DNA from: Candidatus Limiplasma sp.
Lineage (GTDB): Bacteria > Bacillota > Clostridia > Christensenellales > Aristaeellaceae
Assembly (NCBI GenBank): GCA_963675925.2
Contig: CAXXIB010000002.1
Span: forward strand, 77,558 to 141,557
Reading direction: 5' to 3'
Length of the DNA: 64,000 nt
The notes beneath the pieces were generated by a model. The model ran no database searches and had not been told where the DNA came from. It saw only the letters and a list, made by a program, of their open reading frames with translations. Made by a program: the position numbers and the translations under genes. This document shows positions 55,984 through 64,000 of the stretch, piece after piece; position 1 is the first letter of the stretch; every line of letters begins with the position of its first letter.

Positions 55984-57531
55984 TTATTCCCACTCAATGC
56001 TTGCCGGGGGCTTGGTGGTGATATCAAACAGTACACGATTCACGCCGTGTACATCGCCTATGATACGAGTGGCAATTTTGCCAAGTACATCGTAGGGAAT
56101 CTGCGCCACATCGGCGGTCATAAAATCATCGGTCGTCACTGCGCGGATGGCGATGGCATAGGCGTAGGTGCGCTCGTCCCCCATCACGCCCACGCTGCGC
56201 GCACCGGTGAGCACCGTAAAGTACTGCGATATCCCTTTGTCCAGCCCGGCTTTGGCAATTTCGTCGCGCAGAACATAGTCCGACTGGCGAACGATTTCGA
56301 CTTTTTCGGGGGTCAGATCGCCAATCACACGAATGGCCAGCCCCGGACCCGGGAACGGCTGGCGCATGACCAGGCTTTCAGGCAGCCCCAAGGCCAGACC
56401 CAGCTTGCGAACCTCGTCCTTAAACAGCATCCGCAGCGGTTCTACCAGGCTGGTAAACCCAAGTTCCTTGGGCAGCCCGCCTACGTTGTGGTGGCTTTTA
56501 ATCACGGCACTGCCTTTGGTGGAACCGGACTCGATCACATCAGGGTAAATGGTGCCCTGGGCGAAATAATCCAGCTTGCCAAGCTTCCCAGCTTCCTGCT
56601 TAAAGACTTCCACAAAGCTTTTGCCGATAATCTTGCGCTTCTGTTCGGGATCGGTCACGCCTTCGAGTTCGCGGAAAAACAGCTCCGCCGCGTTGGCGTG
56701 TACCAGCTTGACGGGAAATGTATTGGAAAAGACTTCTACAACCTGCTCACTCTCGCCTTGGCGCATAAAGCCGTGGTCCACATACACGCAAGTCAGCCTG
56801 TCGCCAATGGCGCGCTGCAACAGTGCCGCCGCGACCGAGGAATCCACCCCGCCGCTCAGGCCCAGCAGCACCGTGCCGTGCTCCCCTACCTGCTCGCGAA
56901 TCTGCCGTACGGCAAGTTCAGCGTAGTTTTCCATGTTCCAGTCGCCTTGTAAGTGGCAGATTTCATATAAAAAGTTTTTCAGGACTTGCATGCCTTCCTG
57001 GGTGTGGGTCACTTCCGGGTGAAACTGTACCCCGTAAATCTGACGCTCGTCGTTGGCCATGGCGGCGTTTGGGCAGCAATCGGTATGGGCCAGACTTTCA
57101 AAACCATCCGGCAGTCCTACCACCTGGAAGGTGTGGCTCATCCAGCAGCTGCTTTCATTGCTCATGCCGCCAAGCAGCCCCTCGTCGTGCTTATCCATCA
57201 TGGTCTGCGTGCGCCCGTACTCGCGCTGCTGGCAAGCCGAGACTTTACCATCGAGCAGGTAGGCGGTCAGCTGCATACCATAGCAAATGCCAAGCACCGG
57301 AATCCCCAATGAAAGCACACCGCTGTCGCATTTGGGTGCATCCTCGGCCAATACGCTTGCCGGGCCGCCGGACAGAATTAACCCCTTGGGCTGTTTGTCC
57401 AAAATCTCGTCAATCGTTGCGGTATAGGGCAGCACCTCGGAAAACACACCGCACTCGCGCACGCGGCGGGCAATAAGTTGGGTATACTGGGCACCAAAAT
57501 CCAAAATAACGACGCATTCCGGTTTCTGCAT
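55984..57531 (-). CDS. guaA: GMP synthase (glutamine-hydrolysing)
   Basis: The start is taken at MQKPECVVILDFGAQYTQLIARRVRE, after GGAGG. The sequence contains GICYGMQL and SGGVDSSV and ends IEWE. Confidence 0.95.
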   Translation of the reverse strand: MQKPECVVILDFGAQYTQLIARRVRECGVFSEVLPYTATIDEILDKQPKGLILSGGPASVLAEDAPKCDSGVLSLGIPVLGICYGMQLTAYLLDGKVSACQQREYGRTQTMMDKHDEGLLGGMSNESSCWMSHTFQVVGLPDGFESLAHTDCCPNAAMANDERQIYGVQFHPEVTHTQEGMQVLKNFLYEICHLQGDWNMENYAELAVRQIREQVGEHGTVLLGLSGGVDSSVAAALLQRAIGDRLTCVYVDHGFMRQGESEQVVEVFSNTFPVKLVHANAAELFFRELEGVTDPEQKRKIIGKSFVEVFKQEAGKLGKLDYFAQGTIYPDVIESGSTKGSAVIKSHHNVGGLPKELGFTSLVEPLRMLFKDEVRKLGLALGLPESLVMRQPFPGPGLAIRVIGDLTPEKVEIVRQSDYVLRDEIAKAGLDKGISQYFTVLTGARSVGVMGDERTYAYAIAIRAVTTDDFMTADVAQIPYDVLGKIATRIIGDVHGVNRVLFDITTKPPASIEWE

Positions 57532-57628
57532 AAGCGCCTCCTTCGTGATCCTGAGAATACAATATATTGTGCCACAAACCCGCATAAGTGGCAAGTATAC
57601 AAGCCAGCAAAGCACAGCAGAACTTTTA

Positions 57629-57657
57629 TTGACGGATAGCAGCCATACAGGTATAAT
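57629..57657 (+). promoter_or_regulatory. Near-consensus sigma-70-type promoter
   Basis: TTGACG is followed by 17 nt and then TATAAT, ending 37 nt before the ATG at 57694. Confidence 0.65.
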
Positions 57658-57693
57658 GTGCACAGTTTTGAAATGCAGAAGGGATGGAAAAGC

Positions 57694-58038
57694 ATGAGCC
57701 GCCGCCTGTTTGCTATGATGGTTGTGCTGCTTTGCGCGCTGGGCGCGTTGCTTTTGCTGTCCGCACTGGTGGATGCACCACAGGCCGAAACTGTTACACC
57801 TGCGCAAATGCCGGTCTCTCATACCATGACCGCGTTTGTCAGCATGCCGCCCGTACCGGTTTCCGCCAGCGCATTACCTCTCATTGCGTGGCTCCGGATT
57901 GCGGCGCTGTTTATGGTGATTGCCACCCTGCTGCCCCGCTTGCATTGTACCTGCGACGCCAACGGCCGTGTGTTGCACAATGGCCGCTATGTTCGCAGTT
58001 TTTACCCCGTGTTCCGGCAGGATCTCGCCTGCGGCTGA
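57694..58038 (+). CDS. Hypothetical small membrane protein (two hydrophobic segments, Cys-containing tail)
   Basis: The sequence is MSRRLFAMMVVLLCALGALLLLSALV...LPLIAWLRIAALFMVIATLL..LHCTCDANGR...LACG. The gene lies between the strong promoter and secD. A competing overlapping ORF (57684..58058) exists. Confidence 0.4.
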   Translation: MSRRLFAMMVVLLCALGALLLLSALVDAPQAETVTPAQMPVSHTMTAFVSMPPVPVSASALPLIAWLRIAALFMVIATLLPRLHCTCDANGRVLHNGRYVRSFYPVFRQDLACG

Positions 58039-58130
58039 GCAAAAGCCCCATATTGTAATCTAAGAACACGCAAGCTTTGCGTTTCTTGATTTTTTAATGC
58101 CCAAAGAAAAGAAAGGAAGAGACATTCAAT

Positions 58131-59504
58131 ATGAAAGTCAGTAATCGCCGACGGGTCAAGCTCGGCAAGCGCACATCCTCCATCATCGCGCTGGTCGTTT
58201 TACTCGTCGTCACCGTCTTTGCAGGCTATATCGGTCTCAACGGCATGAACCTGGACAGCCGCGGCCTGCACAAACTGCTTCCCTGGATTCCCCAAACCAA
58301 CGTAACCAAGGATACCTGGCCCGCATCCATTGCGCTGGGCCTGGACCTGCAAGGCGGCGTGTTCGTAGAATACGAAGCAACCATGTCCGACGAACTGAAA
58401 GCGGAGAATATCAACTTCGATCAGCTTCGTAAAAACACCATGGAGATTATCTACCGCCGCTTGAGCGAAAAAGGCTATCCCGAAGCTACCGTCTCCGAAC
58501 TCGGCCCGGCCGGCATCCGCGTGGAAATCCCGGATGTGACCGATCCCGCCGCTGTGCTGGATTTGATCGGCTCGCCCGCCAAGCTGGAGTTCCTGGACTA
58601 TAAAGGCGATGTGTTCCTGGAAGGTAAAGAACTCAAAACAGCCACACGCACCATCGACGAAAATTCCAAGCCCGCCATCAGCTTCCAGCTGACCAACGAA
58701 GGGGCGAAGATTTTCGGCGACATGACCGCTAAATCCGTCGGTAAGAAAATTACCATTCAGCTGGATGGCAAAGAGCTGATGAGCCCGTCCGTCAGCAAGC
58801 CGATTTACGGCGGCGGCATTATGGTCACCGGTAATTTCACCGAAGACGAAGCCAACACCTACGCCCTGCAGCTGCAAAGCGGCTCGCTGCCGCTTGATCT
58901 TCGCCAGGACAGACTGGATACCGTATCCGCCACCCTGGGTGACGATGCACTGGGTTCGTCCGTCAACGCGGCGATCATCGGCATTCTGCTGGTCATGCTG
59001 GTCATGATCTGGCGCTACCGCCTCTCCGGTCTGCTGGCCGACTGGGCGCTGTGCCTGTACATTATTCTACTATTCCTGTTCATCGCAGCCGTCCCTGGCA
59101 TCCAACTTACCCTGCCGGGTATCGCCGGTATTATTCTGGGTATTGGTATGGCGGTTGACGCAAACGTCGTGATCTTCGAGCGCGTCAAGGAAGAAGCGCT
59201 TGCCGGCAGGCCCATCCTGCACGCGGTGCGTATCGGCTTTAAAAACGCCATGAGCGCCGTGGTCGATGCTAACGTCACCACCATTATCGCTGCCATCGTA
59301 CTATTGTTCTTTGGCACCGGCTCGGTGCAGGGCTTTGCTACCACGCTGCTGCTGAGCGTTGTCGCGTCGATGATCACCGCGATCTTCATCACGCGCTTCC
59401 TGCTGACCAACACAGCGCGCATTTTCAAAAACAGCAATTTGTACATGACTCCGAAAAAACTAAGCGCAAAAACCGCAGTTGCCAACGCAAAGGAGGCGAA
59501 GTAA
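58131..59504 (+). CDS. secD: Protein translocase subunit SecD
   Basis: The sequence is LGLDLQGG...TIQLDGKELMSPSV...SG.F...EA..LA..L..G.LP, followed by six C-terminal TM helices. Confidence 0.92.
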   Translation: MKVSNRRRVKLGKRTSSIIALVVLLVVTVFAGYIGLNGMNLDSRGLHKLLPWIPQTNVTKDTWPASIALGLDLQGGVFVEYEATMSDELKAENINFDQLRKNTMEIIYRRLSEKGYPEATVSELGPAGIRVEIPDVTDPAAVLDLIGSPAKLEFLDYKGDVFLEGKELKTATRTIDENSKPAISFQLTNEGAKIFGDMTAKSVGKKITIQLDGKELMSPSVSKPIYGGGIMVTGNFTEDEANTYALQLQSGSLPLDLRQDRLDTVSATLGDDALGSSVNAAIIGILLVMLVMIWRYRLSGLLADWALCLYIILLFLFIAAVPGIQLTLPGIAGIILGIGMAVDANVVIFERVKEEALAGRPILHAVRIGFKNAMSAVVDANVTTIIAAIVLLFFGTGSVQGFATTLLLSVVASMITAIFITRFLLTNTARIFKNSNLYMTPKKLSAKTAVANAKEAK

Positions 59505-59505
59505 G

Positions 59506-60423
59506 ATGGTCATTAAAAATCGTTTGAAAATCTGTGCGATCATCTCCGCCGCCATCATGTTGATCGCACTGGTGATGACTTTCCTGGGTTACGGCATCAA
59601 TTTCGGCATTGACTTTGCCGGTGGCTTGTCCATTGAGTACAACATGAACGAGACCTTTGAGCAAAGCGATGTGGAAACCGCGCTTGCCAACCAGGGTCTG
59701 ACCGATTTCAAAGTGTCCACCAATGGTGAAAACGGCGAAATCCTCAGCATCCGTATTCCTAAGCTAAATTCCAATGAAGAAATCCAGGTGCTGCAAGCAG
59801 GCCTGGAAGCCGAACTGCTGCAAAGCTACCCCAAGATGGACGTGGATACCTCCACGGCCAGCTACGTCGGCCCCACCGCAGGCGCAACGCTGATTAAGAA
59901 CGCTATCTTAAGCGTGCTGATTGCCTCGGCGCTCATGCTGATTTACATCGCGTTCCGGTTTGACCTGTACTCCGGCATGGCAGCCGTCGTCGGGCTTTTG
60001 CACGATGTGTTCATCATGCTATCGTTCATGGTCATCCTGCGCAATGTCATTCAGATGAACTCGTCGTTCATCGCCGCGATGCTGACCATCGTCGGTTACT
60101 CCATCAACAACACCATCGTCATCTTCGACCGTATCCGTGAAAACAACGAAAAACCGGCCTACCACAGTCTGCCGAGATCCGAGATTGTGAATATCTCCAT
60201 CTCCGAAAGCCTGGGCCGTACGGTCAACACAACGCTGACGACGCTGATCACCATCATTTCGCTGTATGTGCTGGGTGTTGCCAGCATTCGCGAGTTCAGC
60301 CTGCCGATTATCATCGGTATCCTGTCCGGCCTCTACTCGGCCAACATGATCAACGGCTATGTATGGGCGAACCTGGTTGAGCGCGGCTCTTCCCGCAAAA
60401 AGCTTGCCAAAGCCCGCAAGTAA
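59506..60423 (+). CDS. secF: Protein translocase subunit SecF
   Basis: The ATG follows AAGGAGG and lies 1 nt after the secD stop. The sequence is GINFGIDFAGG..., with C-terminal TM helices. Confidence 0.92.
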   Translation: MVIKNRLKICAIISAAIMLIALVMTFLGYGINFGIDFAGGLSIEYNMNETFEQSDVETALANQGLTDFKVSTNGENGEILSIRIPKLNSNEEIQVLQAGLEAELLQSYPKMDVDTSTASYVGPTAGATLIKNAILSVLIASALMLIYIAFRFDLYSGMAAVVGLLHDVFIMLSFMVILRNVIQMNSSFIAAMLTIVGYSINNTIVIFDRIRENNEKPAYHSLPRSEIVNISISESLGRTVNTTLTTLITIISLYVLGVASIREFSLPIIIGILSGLYSANMINGYVWANLVERGSSRKKLAKARK

Positions 60424-60437
60424 CCTAAAACAAAAAG

Positions 60438-60467
60438 CTGCCGCATGAAAACATGCGGCAGTTTTTT
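60438..60467. terminator. Bidirectional rho-independent terminator
   Basis: The hairpin is CTGCCGCATG-aaaa-CATGCGGCAGTTTTTT, preceded by an A-run. Confidence 0.85.
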
Positions 60468-60536
60468 GTTTCCAACGTGCATGAGCACTTTGAAAAAAAC
60501 TCCGAACACTCGGAGCTTTGTCAGTCCTTTTGTTAC

Positions 60537-60779
60537 TTATCCCTTGGTCAGTTCCCGTACGCACTTTTCGCATACGAGTTTTTCTTTGAAGAGCCGCACG
60601 CCCCTGGCATCGTTACAGAACACACAGGCCGGGTGATATTTCTTCATGATAATCTTATCACCCTCGGTGAATATCTCCAGTGTGTCGTTGATCGCGATAC
60701 CGAATGTTTTGCGCAACTCGATGGGAATTACGACCCTTCCCAGATTGTCCAGCTTTCGTACGATCCCAGTCGATTTCAT
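60537..60779 (-). CDS. AbrB/SpoVT-family DNA-binding protein with a C-terminal CxxC...CxxC tail
   Basis: The ATG lies 7 nt after AAGGAGG. The swapped-hairpin domain is MKSTGIVRKLDNLGRVVIPIELRKTFGI. The tail is HPACVFCNDARGVRLFKEKLVCEKCVREL. Confidence 0.85.
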   Translation of the reverse strand: MKSTGIVRKLDNLGRVVIPIELRKTFGIAINDTLEIFTEGDKIIMKKYHPACVFCNDARGVRLFKEKLVCEKCVRELTKG

Positions 60780-61020
60780 ACGCATGCCTCCTTTGGTTAC
60801 CTCTACTATCAAATAATGGAAGCTTACAGCCCTAATATTACCAAATTATTCATTTGCTGTCAACGAATATTCTTCAGCGGCATTTATCAAGTTCTTAACA
60901 AAGACCTTTTTATGTCAATGACTGCAACGATTATCAGCGTTTTACGCTCAAATATTTGTAATGTATAATATGGCATTACTGGTAAATATTGGGTGCATTC
61001 TTGCCCACCGGCCAAGAGCA

Positions 61021-61048
61021 TTGACAAGCGGAGTAAAACCGCTATAAT
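61021..61048 (+). promoter_or_regulatory. Promoter of the metG T-box leader
   Basis: TTGACA is followed by 16 nt and then TATAAT. Confidence 0.65.
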
Positions 61049-61054
61049 GGAACT

Positions 61055-61270
61055 GCAATGAACGGGAGAGTACCGAAAGCAAACCGCCAAAGAGAGCCGC
61101 AGTTGGTGAAAAGCGGTGCGGGACGCCAAGGGAACATGGCCCGGGAGCATCTCCGCTCGATATCGTAGGGCGGAGCGGCCGGCGCCGTTACATGCCGCAA
61201 TCAAGCGATAAACAAGGGTGGTACCGCGGGCTGTGCTCGCCCCTTCCAAACAGGAAGCGGCGGCTTTTTT
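61055..61270 (+). ncRNA. T-box riboswitch leader (Met specifier) with intrinsic terminator
   Basis: Stem I elements are present (GGGAGAGTA, AAGAGAG...GGTGAAA). A candidate specifier AUG at 61136..61138 sits in the context GAAC-AUG-G. The T-box sequence AACAAGGGTGGTACCGCGG lies at 61211..61229. The terminator is GCCCCTTCC-aaaca-GGAAGCGGC, followed by TTTTTT. Confidence 0.85.
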
Positions 61271-61306
61271 ATTACCAAGAAGCCGCAACATGAAGGAGGC
61301 CTATTC

Positions 61307-63250
61307 ATGCCCAAACAGGAGACATTTTACATCACCACGCCAATTTACTACCCCAGCGACAATCTGCACATCGGCCATGCCTATTGCAGCGTAGCTGCCG
61401 ATACCATGGCACGGTATAAAAAGCAGGAAGGCCGGGATGTGTATTTCGTTACCGGCACCGACGAGCACGGACAGAAAATTGAACGCAAGGCGATGGATAA
61501 AGGCGTAACACCCCAAGCCTATGTGGACGAGATTGTCGCGGGCATCAAAAGCTTATGGAAGCTGATGAACGTGGAGTACGATGATTTTATCCGTACCACC
61601 GATCAGCGCCACGCCAAGTGCGTGCAGGATATTTTCAAGCAGCTGTACGAGCAGGGCGACATCTATAAAGGCTCATACGAGGGCTGGTATTGCACCCCGG
61701 ACGAGACCTTTTTTACCGAGCTGCAGCTGGTAGATGGCAAGTGCCCGGACTGCGGTCGCCCTGTAGAGCGTACCAAGGAAGAAGCCTACTTCCTGAAATT
61801 AAGCAAATATCAGGACTGGCTGATTCAGTATATTGAGGATCATCCAGATTTTATCCAGCCCCCGTCGCGCAAAAACGAAATGCTAAATAACTTTTTAAAG
61901 CCCGGCCTCAACGACCTGTGCGTCAGCCGCACTACCGTAAAATGGGGTATCCCGGTCGACTTTGACCCGGCCCATACCGTGTATGTGTGGGTGGATGCCT
62001 TGTCCAACTACATCAGCGTGCTTGGCTACGGCACCGATGACGATAGCCTGTACCAGCGCTACTGGCCCGCCGATATTCACCTGGTCGGCAAGGAGATTAT
62101 CCGCTTTCACACCATCATCTGGCCGATCATCCTGCACGCGCTTGGCCTGCCCCAGCCCAAGCAGATTTTCGGGCACGGTTGGCTGGTACTGGACGGCATG
62201 AAAATGTCCAAGTCGCTTGGCAACGTGGTCGATCCTGTGGTGCTGTCCAACCGCTATTCCTCCGATGCCATTCGCTATTTCCTCATGCGGGAAATGCCCT
62301 TTGGCGCAGATGGCCAGTTCAGCTATGAAGCGCTGCTCAAGCGTATCAACGCCGATTTGGCCAACGATTTGGGCAACCTGGTCAGCCGTACCATTGCCAT
62401 GGTAGAAAAATACTTTGATGGCGTTGTGCCAAAGCCGGGTGCATATGAAGAGGTGGATTCAAACCTGATCGCGCTGGCTGAGAAAACCCCCAAGACCGTG
62501 CAGCAGGAGATGGACGGCCTACAATACTCCGCTGCGCTGTCGCACATCTGGGCGCTGATCGGTGAAGCCAACCGCTATATCGACCTGACCACGCCCTGGG
62601 TGCTCTTCAAGACCGACGAAGGCAAGCAGCGCTTGCAAACCGTACTCTATGTGCTTTGCGAAACGCTGCGCTTTATCGGCGTGCTGATTGCCCCCACCAT
62701 GCCCAATACCCCGAGCAAGCTGTTTACCCAACTGGGACTACAGGACGATGCGCTGAAAACGCTTCCGTCTCTGACTGCCTTTGGCAAGCTGCAGCCCGGA
62801 ACCAAGGTGGAAAAAGGCGAGGCACTGTTCCCCCGCATTGATGTGGAAAAGGAACTCAAGGATATCATCCCCACACCCAAAGCGGAGCCTGTGGTTAAAG
62901 CACCCGAAGCGAAAACCGAAATCAGCATTGATGATTTCCAGAAAATACAGCTCTGCGTGGCGCAGGTTATCGCCGCCGAAAAACTAGAAAAAAGCGACAA
63001 ACTGCTCAAGCTCACCCTTTCACTTGGATCAAAAGAGCCGGAGAGAACCGTGCTCAGCGGTATCGCACAGTTTTATACAGCGGAGGACATGGTCGGGCGG
63101 CTCGTCGTACTCGTTAAAAACCTGAAACCCGTTAAGATTCGCGGCGTGCTTAGCGAGGGCATGATTCTGTGTTCTTCGGATGCAGACGACAAGGTATTGA
63201 AGCTCGTCTCGCCGGAAGCCGGTGCACAGGTCGGGGATACCGTGCGATGA
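61307..63250 (+). CDS. metG: Methionine--tRNA ligase (with C-terminal tRNA-binding domain)
   Basis: The HIGH motif (NLHIGHAY), KMSKS and the C-terminal EMAP/Trbp111-like domain are present. Confidence 0.96.
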   Translation: MPKQETFYITTPIYYPSDNLHIGHAYCSVAADTMARYKKQEGRDVYFVTGTDEHGQKIERKAMDKGVTPQAYVDEIVAGIKSLWKLMNVEYDDFIRTTDQRHAKCVQDIFKQLYEQGDIYKGSYEGWYCTPDETFFTELQLVDGKCPDCGRPVERTKEEAYFLKLSKYQDWLIQYIEDHPDFIQPPSRKNEMLNNFLKPGLNDLCVSRTTVKWGIPVDFDPAHTVYVWVDALSNYISVLGYGTDDDSLYQRYWPADIHLVGKEIIRFHTIIWPIILHALGLPQPKQIFGHGWLVLDGMKMSKSLGNVVDPVVLSNRYSSDAIRYFLMREMPFGADGQFSYEALLKRINADLANDLGNLVSRTIAMVEKYFDGVVPKPGAYEEVDSNLIALAEKTPKTVQQEMDGLQYSAALSHIWALIGEANRYIDLTTPWVLFKTDEGKQRLQTVLYVLCETLRFIGVLIAPTMPNTPSKLFTQLGLQDDALKTLPSLTAFGKLQPGTKVEKGEALFPRIDVEKELKDIIPTPKAEPVVKAPEAKTEISIDDFQKIQLCVAQVIAAEKLEKSDKLLKLTLSLGSKEPERTVLSGIAQFYTAEDMVGRLVVLVKNLKPVKIRGVLSEGMILCSSDADDKVLKLVSPEAGAQVGDTVR

Positions 63251-64000
63251 TTGATTCCCATTGCCATTTGGAAAATGAGCGCTTTGAAGGCGAAGTATCG
63301 CAAACACTTTCGCGGATGCACGACGCAGGCGTGGACCGCTGCATACTCGCCGGCAGTGACGAGGAAACCAGCCAGCGCATTGTGCAGCTGACGGAGGCGC
63401 ATGATGGGGTTTTCGGTGTGGTCGGCGTGCACCCGCACGAAGCCCAGTACTTCACCAAAAATACCCTGGATCACCTGACCGCATGGCTGGCCTCACCGCG
63501 CATTGTCGGCATCGGGGAAATCGGGCTGGATTACTATTACGATCACTCCCCCCGTGAAAAGCAACGCGACGTGCTGGCAGCGCAGCTGGACTTTGCGTAC
63601 CAACAAAGCATGCCCGCCGTATTCCACGTGCGCGATGCACACGGCGACTTTACCGATATGCTGCGCGCACGCAAAAGCAGCCTGCCAAGTGGTGTGATGC
63701 ATTGCTACACCGGCAGTCTGGAAAGCGCGAAGGTCTATTTAAACTTGGGCTTATATATCTCATTTTCCGGTTCTGTGACCTTTAAAAACGCGAAGAACCT
63801 GCAGGAGGTTGCCCGCTATGTGCCGCTGGACCGGCTGCTGATCGAAACCGACAGCCCCTACCTGACCCCAGTACCGATGCGCGGTAAACGAAACGAGCCC
63901 GCCTACGTACGCTACGTTGCTGAAACCATTGCCGCGCTGAAGGGGATGGAGGTACACGCGCTTGCTGAGCAGGCCGCCCGCAACACGGAGGCCGTTTTCA
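63247..64000 (+). CDS. TatD-family metal-dependent hydrolase (3' end beyond the window)
   Basis: The ATG overlaps the metG stop (ATGA). The sequence is MIDSHCHL...GVHPHEA...GEIGLDYYYD...FHVRDA...MHCYTGS...ETDSPYL. It is not in the ORF track because there is no stop codon in the window. Confidence 0.9.
   Translation, partial: MIDSHCHLENERFEGEVSQTLSRMHDAGVDRCILAGSDEETSQRIVQLTEAHDGVFGVVGVHPHEAQYFTKNTLDHLTAWLASPRIVGIGEIGLDYYYDHSPREKQRDVLAAQLDFAYQQSMPAVFHVRDAHGDFTDMLRARKSSLPSGVMHCYTGSLESAKVYLNLGLYISFSGSVTFKNAKNLQEVARYVPLDRLLIETDSPYLTPVPMRGKRNEPAYVRYVAETIAALKGMEVHALAEQAARNTEAVF

Noticed and set aside
57684-58058. An alternative 124-aa ORF overlapping the small membrane ORF upstream of secD.
   Set aside because: It has no SD-like sequence at its start and an Arg/Cys/Ala-rich shadow-like composition. 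The other frame at least encodes plausible TM segments. Neither frame is certain.

Overview
This window reads as a dense, GC-rich chromosomal segment of a Bacillota (Clostridia-type) bacterium. It holds about 60 protein genes, and almost all are housekeeping or transport genes.

Gene order, left to right:
- A sugar ABC uptake locus with a divergent LacI regulator.
- A TVP38 membrane protein.
- An operon of pepP-like peptidase, efp and an acidic Zn-ribbon protein.
- LUD-domain protein, rsmG, a ydcF-like gene and radC.
- A cdaA-cdaR operon extended by an unknown membrane protein, a P-loop NTPase and an RsmB/F-type methyltransferase.
- A co-directional minus-strand array running from about 28.4 kb down to 14.0 kb. 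It contains a Wzz-like protein, a PG-binding protein, ilvE, two unknowns, an rsuA-like gene, a methyltransferase, a C-S lyase, pepV, an S4 protein, ispD, ispF, comEC and holA.
- A 920-aa SH3b/Ig/FN3 secreted protein.
- uvrB, a GGDEF cyclase, citrate synthase, copA and a split chrA.
- A priming sugar transferase plus a nucleotidyltransferase.
- A TetR regulator plus an ABC-2 exporter.
- A 46-aa Zn-ribbon protein, an ACT-like protein and xpt.
- A BMP-type (nucleoside-like) ABC importer.
- A split permease with a ferredoxin fusion, plus a Crp/Fnr regulator.
- An MFS transporter, guaA, secDF and an AbrB-like regulator.
- A Met T-box leader with metG, then tatD.

I saw no rRNA, tRNA, CRISPR array, transposase, integrase, phage gene or recognisable defence module. 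I do not find a convincing self-contained novel system.

The items most worth a second look are:
1. Single-base frame breaks in five conserved genes, four of them within the first 4.6 kb. This is most likely assembly error, but it needs checking.
2. The cdaA-cdaR operon carries an uncharacterised disordered membrane protein and a P-loop NTPase where glmM is normally found.
3. A Wzz/BY-kinase fusion has a destroyed Walker A motif and sits divergent to the SH3b-Ig-FN3 surface protein.
4. A split permease whose second half is fused to a 4Fe-4S ferredoxin domain.
5. Several clean regulatory palindromes.

All functional calls rest on motif and family recognition by eye. No database search was run.
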